In this document: in pieces, positions 49,535 to 62,639 of the stretch
How positions within the stretch are numbered: the stretch's first letter is position 1
Layout: each line of letters opens with the position of its first letter
NCBI GenBank assembly: GCA_030704615.1
Contig: CM060731.1
Span: 17,422,001 to 17,486,000, forward strand
From: Takakia lepidozioides
Taxonomy: Eukaryota; Plantae; Bryophyta
DNA: 64,000 nt
Direction of reading: 5' to 3'
Translations under genes and position numbers: made by a program
The notes under the pieces: model-generated
Seen by the model: only the letters and a program-made list of their open reading frames with translations
Told to the model about the DNA's origin: nothing
The model's database searches: none

Positions 49535-50565
49535 CATTGCAATCACATGCTCCAGCTGTTGATATTTCTGTGACAGGATGGCTCCTACCCCTTTGCTGGA
49601 CCAGTCCACATCAAGGATGAAAGGTCTGGAAAAGTCAGGTCTAGCCAAAACAGGAGCAGTCATCAATTTCAAACGCAAAGCTTCAAAAGCATACTGAGCC
49701 TCAGCTGACCATTTAAAGGGGATATCCTTCCTGGTCAAATTGAACAAAGGCACACATATCATAGCAAAGTCTTGCACATAAATTCGATAATAACCAAACA
49801 TCCCCACAAACACCCTCACCCCCGTGGGGTTCTTCGGGATGGGAAAGGACTGAATTGCAGCAATCTTACTTGGGTCAGGCCTGACTCCCTCAGCAGACAC
49901 CACATGACCAAAAAAAAACCAACTCATCATTACCAAAAGTACATTTGTCTGGGTTCAGACGCAGGTTAGCAGCATGCAACCTCTCAAAGACTCGAGCCAA
50001 ATGTTGCAGGTGTGTGTCCCAATCCAGACTGTGAACATTAACATCATCCACAAAGACCTTTGCACACTCTCCAATTTCCATGGCCGGGATGGTATTCATG
50101 GCCCGCTAGAACGTGGCAGTGGCATTTTTTAAGCCAAATGGCATGACCGTCCATTCGTATAAACCCCTCTTGGTTATGACTGCAGTCCTCTTCACATCAT
50201 CCTCATTCATTTTGATATGCCAAAATCCACTTTGCAAGTCCAAAGCAGAGAACCAGGCAGCATTACCAAGGCTATTGAGCACATCATGTATCAAGGGCAT
50301 GGGATAAGAGTCCCTCCTGGTCAGATTATTCAGCGGGCGATAATCCCCACATAATCTTTTGGACCCATCCTTCTTGGGAGGTAGAGTCACCGGGCACGAG
50401 TACTCCGACTTGCTCTCCCGCATCTTGCCTTGCAAGATAAGAGCCTCAATTTGACGTTGCACTTCCCCTTCCTCCCACTCAGACAATCTGCTGGGCTGAC
50501 TCCTGCATGGTGGAAACCCTTGGGTATCTATAACATGCTCCACCATTGAGCAAAACCCCTTCATG
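49535..50565 (-). mobile_element. Ty3/gypsy RT-RNase H fragment
   Basis: ORFs 50106-50564 ('RLCGDYRPLN..LDLQSGFWHI..MPFGLKNA'), 49890-50099 ('VFVDDV') and 49445-49936 ('FILDVDWSSKGVGAILSQ'). Confidence 0.88.
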
Positions 50566-51367
50566 CCATTTTCAAGTGTAAATTTTTACTGAGAAACAAT
50601 TTCATAACATTAAGGGTGACATAACAAAAAAGCAGATACTATTTATCCAGGGTCGACTGTAATACATGCCTAATGTTTGGAAATTACCTAGGTGAGGTGC
50701 CTAAATAATAAAAACGAATCTGCCTAATAATATTCCATTTTTATTAATTATTAGGCGCGGAAGTGGCTAATAAGCACCTCTGAATTTTGTGTGGCCTGGT
50801 AATGAGGCTGGTCAGACGATGGGGCCCGCCGTCTCATTAACATAGGAGCAAACTACATTCATGCAGTGAGGACTTAGTTTTTTTTTGGCATATGAAATTT
50901 ACAACTACCTCCATGCAGGTAGTTTTAGGATTTTCTACATGAAGGTAGTTGCAAAACCAAGCTGAAACTATCTGCATGAGAGTAGTTACACACCCACCTC
51001 TACCCACCTCCATGGAGGTAGTTGTAGTCATTGCCTACCACCAGAACCACGTTCAGGGAATGGAACCCGAGACCTGCATCGCCACATCATCATCGACGTA
51101 CCACCAGACCACAACCTCCACCGTGCCAACAAACAATAGTTTTTTTCATATACTAGGGCTTCGCGTTGCTCCGCACTACTAGCGACGAATTCTGAGAACC
51201 ACGTTCAATTTTTCACAAAAAAAGGGTGGGTCATCCCCACGGTGTTACATGCAGGGATCCCGTGTTTTGTTTTTATCTAGAAGAAAAATGGCGGATTTGC
51301 ATTTCAATGTTCAATTTTCACAAGCCGCATCAATCAATAACAACATACCCAAATACCCTTACATTCA

Positions 51368-53990
51368 CTATATGAACTTTCAAGCATCCACCATGGGATT
51401 GGATCTTGGTGGGTTAAGGCTAGCTTTTGACAATATTCATGCAAGTTCGTCAAGGGCTCCATCCAAAGCCACACCACGAGAAACAAACAAACATGTCCAA
51501 ATTTAAGATGCTGAACAAACTTGTGCACATGGCTACCCATCTCTTCAAGCTTTGGAGACACTCCACCACCCAAACCCAGAATTAGGACAACACTCTGATT
51601 TCCATCCACTGTCACCAGAATCAGTCAAAAATCACCCCTTCAGTCACGTGCAATTGTGGGGTGACTTCCCACCTATGCCGAGTAGACCCCACTATCAAGA
51701 AATGGTGGATGGTCTGAGTAGCTAGAAAGATCAATAAATGAAGCAAGACACTAGCATCTTTCCAAGAAAACATCCTTTCACCACTAATCACCACAAGAAC
51801 AAATCCCATCTTCAAAGTGGTGGAAGTAATTAGCGTCCCATCCAACAATTGCTCGGCCAACAATCTTTGAGATGAATTTGGTGGAGGTGTGGCAGTCTCC
51901 ACACACTCGAAGATTCTTGATGAGTTGTGCTGATCAGCCCAAAACCAATGGCCAGCTTCTCACTGTATGTGTCAGGCACATACCCCGCCGCCCTTCATCT
52001 ACCCAGACAATCTTCTCAGCTCAGCACGGATCTCCTTAATTCTAGGATGCAACTTGTCATCTGGCTCCTTTCTAACCCCTCTGACCTTCATCATTCTTCT
52101 CACCTTTGCAGTATCATCGCACCTGCCTGCTGCAGCATAGATGTTTGACATAGCAACACATAAGTCGCGGCATCCTGTTCATCCCCCTTGAGGATAGATG
52201 TTGTCGCACGTTCAGCCATCTCCACATTGTCATGGATTCTGCAGGCACCAAGCAAAGCCTTCCACACCACAACATCTGGATTGATTGACATTTGATTAAT
52301 CAGGTCCACTGCCTCATCCAGTTGTCCCGCGCGTCCAAGAAGGTCCACCATGCAGCCAAAGTGCTTTACTGTCGGAGTAACACCATGATCTTGACTCAGG
52401 GAATCGAAGTAGCGTCTTCTTTCATTCAGTAGGCCAGTGTGGCTGTATGCAGAGAGAACACATATAAAGGTGATATTGTCCGGCTTCAAGCCGTTCTTTT
52501 ACATTCTTTCAAATAGTTGCAGGACCTCCCTATGACAACCATGCTCTGGGCATATCCTGCGGTCATCGCATTCCACGACACCACATTTCGTTCAGGCACA
52601 TTGTCAAATACTCCCTTTGCATCCTCAATGCACCCCTTCCCCCGTCATTTGCTCATAGGTCTCCAAGTCCTCCATCCCACGCCCCTGCTGTGCCTATCCT
52701 GCAAGCATGGCGTTCCATGACACCAAATCTCGTTCAGCCATATTGTTGAACACTCCCTCCGCATCCTCAATGCTCCCACATTTGGCATACATGTCCACGA
52801 GGGTATTGTCTAGAATCACATCTGGTACAATTCTAGCTTTGGCGATGCAACCATGCCCCTCTTTGCCCTTTTCCAGGGCTGCCAGGCTTGCACACGCACT
52901 GCAAACGCACACAAACGTGATGTGGTCGGGCTTCACCCCTTCCCCCATCATTTGCTCATAGGTCTCCAAAGCCTCCATCCCACGCCCCTGCTGTGCATAT
53001 CCTACAATCATCGCACTCCACGACACCACATTTCGTTCAGCCATACTGTCGAACACTCCATTTGCATCCTCGATGCACTCACATTTGACATACATGTCCA
53101 ACAGGGCAGTGTTTAGGATGACATCTAGTACAAATCCAGCTTTGACGATGTCACCATGGACCTCTTTGCACCTTTCCAGGGCTGCCAAGCTTGCACACGC
53201 ATTGCAAATGCAAACAAACATTATATAGCGGTCGGGCTTCACCCCTTCCCCCATCATTTGCTCATAGGTCTCCGAAGCCTCCATCTCGCGCCCTTGCTGT
53301 GCATATCCTGCAATCATCGCCCTCCACGAAACCACATCTCGTTCAGCCATACTGTCGAAAACTCCCTTTGCATCCTCGATGCACTCACACATACATGTCC
53401 AGTAGGGCAGTGTTCAGAATGACATTGGGTACAATTCCAGATGTGACGATGTCACCATGGACCACTTTGCACCTTTCCAGAGCTGTCAGGCTTGCATACG
53501 CATTGCAAATGCAAACAAACGTTATGTGGTCGGGCTTCACCCCTTCCCCCATCATTTGCCCATAGGTCTCTGAAGCCTCCATCCCGCACCCTTGCTGTGC
53601 AAATCCTGCAATCATCGCCCTCCACGACACCACATCTCATTCAGCCATACTGTCAAAAACTCCCTTCATACATGTCCACGAGGTATTGTTCAGAATGACA
53701 CTTGGTACAGTTGCAGCTCTGACAATGTCGTCATGGACCTCTTCGCCCTTTCCCAGAGTTGCCAGGCTTGCACACGCATCGCAAATGCACACAAATGTGA
53801 TGTGGTAGGGCTTCTTTCCCTTTTTCCAGAGCTCCCAGGCTTGCATACGCATTGTCAAACACAAACAAATGTGATGTGGTTGGGCTTCATCCCTTCGCGC
53901 AACATTTGCTCATAGGTCTCCAAAGAATTCCTACCACACCTATGCTTGGTAAATCGTGCCAACATTAGCACGTGATCAAAGATCGTTCAG
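51368..53990 (+). repeat. Direct segmental duplicate of ~2184-5122
   Basis: Starts 'ctatatgaactttcaagcatccacc' at both 2184 and 51368. Collinear through the 3' flank, DYW, E and PPR motifs, with indels. Confidence 0.85.
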
Positions 53991-55590
53991 GCATTGGTGA
54001 GCATCCATGATGCTCCCGCACTCAACATACAAAGGGTGTTGAGTAGAAAAACACTTGGCGTGAATCCACTTTGGATAATGTGAGTGTGCATCTGCTTTCC
54101 AGCTTCCAGACCTTCTCTCCTGATGCACTTAAGCAAGAAACAGACATGTGCATCTGAATCTGCTGAAATGCCTCCTTGGTTTAAAGTCTGTAGACCCTCC
54201 GTCAATCTTCCTGTCACACAAAGCATCTTCACATGCCCAGAAGTTTCATAAGAGGCATTGTGGACTCTTCTCTTAAATATCCTCTTTCAGAAGCTGTGGT
54301 CATGATTGCGGTGCCTGATTCTATCAACTGTGCCGCTGCAGCTGCTGCCTTTAGTTAACCATCTGCCCATGCAGGTTTCTTGTGGCTATTGATCCACAGG
54401 GAATCATAGGTAATCTGGAGCTTGAAATCTGGCCCTCTTGGATGAATCTGAAGTGTTCCAGTAAACACCCCAACCCTACTTACCACACTTGTTCCTATGC
54501 TGACTTTCCTCTACTTCCAACATGCATTCACCTTTTTGCCTCGATTGTTCCACCATTGGCTGGGGTCTGAAATGTATTCATTCCAGAGTTTCTCCTCGTC
54601 TCTGTTATCTGTTTTTTGATAGTTTCCTGTTGCCACATTGGCAGTAACATGTCAAAATCACTCCAAAACCACCATAGATCCACCAACGAGCTAACTTGCA
54701 AAATTCAACATGAGAATTTAGGGACGATTCTGATAACAGGGAAATACAGGGTGAAATGTGTTGAAGAAGGTGCCTTCATTAGCAGTGCCTTGTTCTATCA
54801 ATCCTAAATTGCATCTGATTCTCTCTATAGTCCAACAAGCATTCACCTTTTTGTCTCCATTGTCCCAACATTGACTGGGGTCGGAAAAGTGTTCATTCCA
54901 AAGCTTCTCCTCATCTCTGTTATCTGTTTTTGGGTACTTTCTTGTTTCCACATTGGCAGTAACTTGTCAAAGTCACTCCAAACCACCACAGATCCACCCA
55001 ACGAGCTAACTTACAGAATTCAATATGCATCTCAGGACCTAGTCTGATGAGATGGTAAAACAGGCTGAAATAGGTCGAAGAAGAAGGTGCCCTCACCAGA
55101 TTGTCCTTGACCTTGTGTCATGATCCATGGAGGATATGACCGACCATCAACCCAAAAGGACCTCTTGTGTGTGCTGCTTGTGTGGGTAGTCAGGTCGGAT
55201 TGGTTTGTGAGAAGTTAGAACCACCACGGTGCATCTGAGCAGGTAGAGTTTGAAACACCCAAGCTGACTCTCCCAAGAACTTTGCAGTAAACATCACGAA
55301 AAACACCAAGTCATGGTACTAACAAATGCATCTCAGGGCCGAGTCTGATGAGAGGGCAAAATAGGCTGAAATAGGTCGAAGAACAAGATGCCATCACCAG
55401 ACTGTCCTTGACCTTGTGCCATGACCCATGGAGGATTTGACCGACTACCAAAATGACCTCTTGTGTGTGCTGTTTGTGTCTGTAGTTAGGTAATGTCGGA
55501 TTGATCTGTGAGAACCACCACGGTGCATCTGAGCAGGTAGAGATTGAACACGGCCTGCTAAGACCAAGCTGACTCTCCCAAGAACCTTGC
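51778..55590 (-). pseudogene. PDF-motif repeats + PLS-PPR-E-DYW pseudogene (copy 2)
   Basis: PDF-type exons at ~55430-55590 and 55120-55290 (degenerate), ~54847-54945, 54532-54626 and ~54318-54447. PPR start 'MLCVTGRLTEG..GKQMHTHIIQSG' (53987-54232). PLS array 52490-53950. E domain ~52100-52490. DYW '[36 protein letters not shown]' ending at 51778. Confidence 0.85.
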
Positions 55591-56915
55591 AAACATAAGG
55601 AAGAATACCAAATCATGGTACTGACAGGAGCTAAGAGCCCACCTTTGCAGGATGGACAAACTTCTTCAGATTGTACATTAAGAAAAAGCCACACCCTTCC
55701 CCAATCATTTGCTTGATCCTTCATCTGCCAAGACAATCTCTTCAGCAAGTCTTCAGCTCAGCATGGATTTCCTCAATTCGTTGGGAGCTTGCAGCTTGCA
55801 AGGTGCACAATGGCGGAAAACGCAGATCAACATCCGGGCATTTTGGGCAGTTCGGAAAAAGTTGTCGCGGCAATTTCTATTGGCTTATTTCGGGCGGGCA
55901 GACCGGGCAGATATAAAGAATTTGACGACGAAAGCGTGGCACTATGGCACCCTATTCTTGCTCTACACTAAACTAGCTTCCGACCTTGAGTCCTCGCTAG
56001 AATAAGAGGAACTAGGGAATAGGGATCGTTTTAATGTAGCGGGGCCGCTGTCAGGTCCCGTCCCCTCTGCACCCTGCGGCCTCATTACGAGGAGGCCACA
56101 CAAAATTCTGAGGCCTAATAAGCTAGGTACTTAAAGTAGAAACACCCAAATGTACAATCACCCCACTTGGGTCTTTTTATAAAGCTATGCAGGATTTTCT
56201 CTCAAGTACGGTAGTGAAGCTCCGAGAAGTGTTCAAACATTCAAACAACAAACGGTGCCTTCACCAGATGCAGCCGGTGGGCGCTGAGGAAACAGAGAAT
56301 AGACGAATAGACCTGTGCAGACGTATCGGTACATCCTTCTGACCGTTGCTCACGCTCCGCGTCTTCTTCAAGACTGGATTCTGAAGCATATGCCCGAGAA
56401 TGCTTCCTTGCTTTTCTCGAAGGCAATGCATCCCTGGGGCCCACACAGACAACTCCATGCTTGATTGCATTCGATGAGGCGAAATTCTGCATTGATTGCC
56501 AGTGTATGACTCTCGGATCTTCTGTGGAGCATACCTACCAGAGTTGCAGTCATGAGAGCACCCTTTAGCTGACTGGTGGACTGCTGGTTGCTGCAGGACT
56601 CCAGATATCGTGAAACACTCTACACGTCCTTGTAGTCTTTACTCGTCTGGGGAGGTTTGCCACATATGGGTCCTGATAGATAGCCTTTATGCCATACATG
56701 ATGGAAGGCAGAAGCACAATAGGTTGTCAGACCACAATATAGATCCTCTCTTTGCTTGGATTGAGTGGGACAGAGCTGCCAGGGCCATGAGGAGAACGGA
56801 GATCGACACGCATGGAAACATAAATTGAAGAGTCTCTTCCTATTTGTCTGAAAGTGCCCAGTCCTGGATATTGAGCAAGGGATAGTACCAGGATTCCGTA
56901 CCTGAGCGAAGAGAC

Positions 56916-59900
56916 ATGGGGTCAATGAAAGGCTCACCTGTGATGAAATTCAAGTGGTGGTTGTGTGCGACAATCACAGTGTTAGATATGATTAATGCCC
57001 AGGGGGCGCCAATTCCCACCACATTGGAAGGTCCCTTTCAGCCTATCACTATCAGCTTTGATCCATCCCTGCGACATGGGAGCGATGATTTGGCAGTAGA
57101 TGATCCACGCGTCTTAAAGCGTGTTACAGCGGTTTTTCCAGAACAGATTGCATTGGCACTTTCAACGCCCGATGCTATGTGGATCTCGTGGGTTACAGGT
57201 GCGGTTTCCCCCTCTTTCTGCCTTGATGACATTCATAGGCATGTTAGATAGAGAGAAGACTCCTTCCGAAACCAGCGACGCATGTAGGAGCTGCCATATT
57301 GAATGGATAGAAGTTTTGGACATCATTTAGATCTTGCAACAGAATGGGGACGGAAGCATACGGAAAAGTAGTCTTGGTTGTAAGGCAAGAGCTTGGGGGA
57401 CAGAAAACTGTGTTGAAAAGCCATTGGAAATTGTCAATATTTGCTTAGTATGGCCCATCTCAGAACTATGTAGTTAAATGAGACACAGACAGAATGGACC
57501 AGAACACACAGCTTAAGACAGTGATTAAACTGTGTGAAGTGTAGGGGATGCGCAGATAGGCCCAATGGTGACCCCATTAGACCCCACCTCCGTGGCCACT
57601 GTGGTACAGTATGGAACACAATCGGGCAACTACAGCCTTTCCACGCAGGGTACATCGCTGGTTTATAATCAGCTGTATCCTTATCCGGGCCTGCTCAATT
57701 ACACATCGGGCATTATTCACCATGCACGCCTCACAGGTGCTCCTCTTTACTTCTCAAACCTTTCCAGTCTTCCATTAGTAACGCAATTAAGGACGTTGGG
57801 TAATTTCAATCTTGAATTTCATACTAACTCTCCCTCTTCTTGGTTTATGCGACTTGTAATTTGGAAGTAAACGGGCTCAATTTAACTGAGTGAGGACTTG
57901 CAGACAACATCCTGTATGGTTGGCAGGGATGCATAACACCATGGATTCTCCCCTGGAGACTGTACCCAATGTATGCTTTACTTTAAGAGGAACAGAAAAA
58001 GGATGTGAGCCATTAGACACCACCAGCAGCCTGCCAGCCACTCGATCTCTGTGCAACGTTTGGGGTACCGTTGCTCTCTAGGGTTAATGTGTTGCATACA
58101 GAGTCCCCAAGTTCCCGCGTTCGGAATGGATGTCTTCCATGCTTTCTTTCTTTCTCTTGGACAGAAATCAGGCATTTGCATTTGCCGTCTAAGTTACCCT
58201 CCAACATAACATCACAAAAGGAATCCTCCATCCAAATCCTATCAGCAGTTTGGTCCATTACAGCCTGGGCATTGGGAGTCCTCTTCTTCCTACAGTGAAA
58301 TTGCATAACACTTTTCGGAGACCGGGAAAATAAAACAAAGATCTTCAGGACTAGGGTTTAAACATGTCCACACTCAACACACCAGGTTTGTGAGGGCATT
58401 GGATGCTCGGGAGTGTTAGGAGAGATGAGGTCCATACAGGCATCTTGGATGAGTAGGAGGTACACCATTCAATGCTAGCGGGATTACAACTGGAAGATTC
58501 TACTTCTATGGCTGTTTCGGCTTGTTCCAGATTTTCTTTACTTTTTTTGCAAGACATTCCCAATCTTTGCAATCCCTGGATCTGTTACTAATCAGCTTGC
58601 ACCTGCTCAGCCCTACTTTGAAGAGACCTTTGTGTCTGAGGGATTGCACATCTGGCCATGCCTACTGGCCACGCTGCAGAAAGTCCTCCGCAAAGTATAT
58701 AGGAAAGAATGCTAGAGTGATGTCAGAGCAGATTGTGGTACTTGAACCAAGTAGACTTTACTGTAGGACTCTTGACTTCTTTGATGGGAAGCTGGGAAGA
58801 GAGAGCAGCAAGCTCTTGTGCAGGACTTGCTGGTCTCATTATATTGAGTTACTGGTGGCACTCATTGATACTAACACTGTATTTTATGTCACTAGGGCTG
58901 CTTCCCAGCACACAGTACTACTTCAGCTGCGGAGATCCTTCACTAAACATGATGAGTGAAGAGCACACCTTCACCACTATCCCTCTCCCTGCCCCAAATG
59001 CATATCCAGCGCGCATTGCCGTTGTTGGAGATCTGGGGCTTACATACAATTCAACCACCACAGTTGATCACATCCTTCAAAACAACCCAACACTGTTGCT
59101 GATACTGGGGGACTTGAGCTATGCCAATCAGTACTTGACAACTGGAGTTGGGTCATCGTGCTATTCATGTGCATTTCCAACGGCACCTATCCGGGAGACC
59201 TACCAGCCTCACTGGGATGAATGGGCTAGGTATATCTCTGCCCTCTCTCTCTGGCTTTCATCTTTGCTTGCACTTCTCTGTGTGCTTGTCAGAGTTGTTC
59301 TTGTTGTTCAATTTTGAGGAATGCTAAACGTATTCATTGAATGTTTTGCAAGTCTATATCCTCTGGAAGGGGGATCTTGTGAATTTTGGACAGTCCCTAG
59401 ATACACTGGACCGTTGTGGGGCTGAAATTTGAAGGGAAATTGAATTTTGCCGCTCTAGTCTCAAAAGTGTAGAAAGTCAGCTCTCGGCTGTGCTTGTTAC
59501 ATCACTGAGGCCTCCTATCAAGATTCTGATGTCTGATAGAAGGATACAGTATAATTTCTCCCTGAACTGAGGTGGTCTATGCTCACATTGTAGGTTCATG
59601 CAACCTTTGACGTCGACTGTGCCAATGATGGTGATTGAAGGCAACCATGAAATTGAGCCTCAGGCTGAAGGGGCCACATTTGTTGCCTATAAATCACGTT
59701 TCGCAGTTCCCTCAGAAGAGAGTGCATCTAATAACAGTCTCTACTACTCCTTCAATGCAGGGGGCATTCACTTCATTATGCTTGGGGGTTATATTGACTA
59801 CAACAGAACAGGTGGGTGAACTTGGTCTTTGGATGCATGGGATTGATGTCATCTGGAAACCAGCAGATTGGTCCAACTATTTAACGCTGGTGTTTGGATT

Positions 59901-61836
59901 GAGTATGGTCGAGCTTTTTACCTACAATTCTGTACATGTTGGGTGTACATCAGCCACAGTTTCCCAGAACTCAAAGTCGCCATCCTTACTCAATTTGTAG
60001 CAGTTGTAACAAATGAGTTTGTCTTGTGTTGTCGGAACACCTAATCAGAGTTTTACTAGTTGGGTAGATCCGCATGTGCTCCTCAGCTTTTCAGCCCCTG
60101 CCCCCCAGGTTGGGCACCAGTTGGTAATTGTTAGGAGTTTCTAGTGTGTCTGAAGACTTACTTTTGTCATATCTCAAGTATACAAGTCCAGGGCTGCTAG
60201 AAACCTCATCCATTTGTAAGAGAGTGCTAATGGAAGTGAGTTGGGAGGGACCAGGAGCACAGTTTGCATGGCTGCAGAACGACTTGCTTAGCGTGGACCG
60301 TACTGTGACCCCATGGCTAATTGCTGCATGGCATCCTCCATGGTATAACAGTTATAACTCACACTACCGGGAGGTGGAGTGCATGAGGCTACAGATGGAG
60401 GATCTACTGTATTCACACGGTGTCGACCTCGTTTTATCTGGTCATGTGAGGGAACATTGGTCATAACCAACCTTTGTGCTTGCCTAGAGCTTGTAAGGGC
60501 GAGAAGGATACTAGCAGATGCTTTGATATAAATTAAAGATAAGGTTGATACAGAATGCCAATCTTAGTCCCAGCTCTTCTTAGACCGAACTTCTTGGCAG
60601 GGGGGAGAATCCATAACTAGACTGCATTTTCTGTCATTTTCTGTCATCTTGTAGTTGTAGACAATTGACGTGGGGGAGAAGGGAGGAGGAGGGAGGCTCC
60701 TACAGACAGGTGGGCAGAAAGATTAGGGGGGTACAGCTCCAAGCTTCATACCATGCACTTGATTGTGAAAGAATGCTCTCTACTCCTTTGTAGAGAATGA
60801 AGGATGGCAGGTCGGGTAACTTTTCTGGATGGCCCTTAGTTCATAAATGATGGATGGGGACTTGAGGGTGACTGCATTGATTAAGTGAGATGTAGGACTG
60901 GAAAACTAAGCTCTCGCTCTTTAGTAATGCTCTGACCTTTGAGAAGAAATCATGGTGTGGGCATGGATAACCAGGTACATGCATATGAGCGATCGAACCG
61001 GGTCTACAATTACAATCTGGATGCATGTGGCCCTGTGTACATAACAGTGGGTGATGGCGGTAACATTGAGGAGATTGACATCACGCATGCAGATGATGTT
61101 GGCCAGTGCCCTAAGCCCACTGATAACACCCCTGAATATGGTGAACTTTGCCCCTTCAATTTCACATCAGGGCCTGCTGCTGGTCAGTTTTGCTGGGACA
61201 GGCAACCTGAGTGGAGTGCATTTCGAGAGAGCAGCTTCGGCCATGGCATTTTGGAAGTAAACTCTCATCCACGATCCGAAGAGGCACTATTTGCAGCCAA
61301 GTGACTGTAGCAGGATGTTTGTCAAGGCATCTAGTTCGGAGTTGTGTTATATTTCTTTAGCAGAGCATCCATTCATTGAGCATTTGTTTGTTAAAGTTAG
61401 TTCCCAGACAATAGCTTCCTGCCTCAATGATTGTAAACAAAATGTTAGTGCAATCCTAACTGCAACAAATTGGTGAATGGGACCTTGTGGAATAGTATTG
61501 TAAAAGGTTCTGCAAGTGTAGAATGCTCCTAAATACCACATTTCTGACAAGATAGGTCTAGTCTAATATATACCAAGTTTAGCACTAGTGGTCATTGAAT
61601 TGAGGATCAGATGTGGTCGAATGCTTCCTTTCCAGCAAAGATCTTCTACTGTATGATGCTCTGTCAAATGCTGAGGGGTGGGAGAAACGCAGGTGGTGAA
61701 CTCAAGCCATGCACTGTGGACATGGCATCGTAACCAAGATGTTTATGGTAGTGAGTTTGGTGACCAGATTTACATTGTGCGACATGCAGACAACTGCCTG
61801 AGTCAAGCTCGAGGCCGCAGGTTGACAACTGGGTGA
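56916..61836 (+). CDS. Purple acid phosphatase, PAP15/PAP23 (phytase-like) subgroup. Predicted exons 56916-57198, 57545-57736, 58896-59229, 59594-59811, 60255-60445, 60975-61256, 61693-61836
   Basis: Signal-peptide-like start, then 'IPTTLEGPFQP', 'PEQIALAL' and 'YTSGIIHH'. Metal-ligand motifs GDLG, GDLSY, GNHE, HPPWY and GHVH. C-terminal 'FRESSFGHGILEV..ALWTWHRNQD..GDQIYIVR'. All GT-AG junctions are phase-consistent. Confidence 0.93.
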
Positions 61837-62639
61837 GAAATGCCACATAGATGGAGAGGCCTTGTAAGGCTTCCATGATGAATGTGGGCAAATGGGACCT
61901 GATATTGTTCCAACTGTGCTAAATCCAATGGATTAGAGTTGGCTCTTATTGAAACCTCGTCATTCTTTCACTGCTCTTGGCTGGGGGTTGTTTCATGTCA
62001 GCACTTCAGACCAAGAAAAGTTTATAAACACAGTTTGCCTCACAGGAGAAGGTTTAGAGTGGAAGTATTCTCCTTATGTTGTGTTTTGATTTTGTTGCTT
62101 GTTTTCTGCACATGCCTGTGGACTTTCCTGTCTTCTGTGATCCAGAATTGTTTTCATAGAATATTGAACAGGTAAGTCTGTCTGGACACAACTTAGAGAG
62201 AATTATGGCAGGGGAGAAAGAGTCAGAGCTATAAGAGAGCAATGGGGAGGTGGATGAATGGAGAGTAGAGAGAGAAAGAGAGGAGCATTGTAGTATTGGG
62301 AATCATGTGACAGCGAGAACAACAGTGCCACACTAACTTGTTAAATTGCACAGCCGCTGTAGTCTTCTTTACTTTTTGAGTGAACCTATATTCTAGTTCT
62401 ACAAGTCTCCTGATCCTTCAATCACCTACAGACCATCTCTCTTTGATTGAAATCTGACAAGGATGCCAAGCATATCCTACTTAGTTCATCTGTTGTGACA
62501 TTCATAGTTCATAATCTTGATACAAATCTGCAGCGTCCTCTTTCTTGTGTCTTATATTTGGATTTCATAATATTTTTACGAAGTGTTTGATGATCAGTGC
62601 TCATTCTACATCAAATTCATGATAATTGTGACCGTTTCT

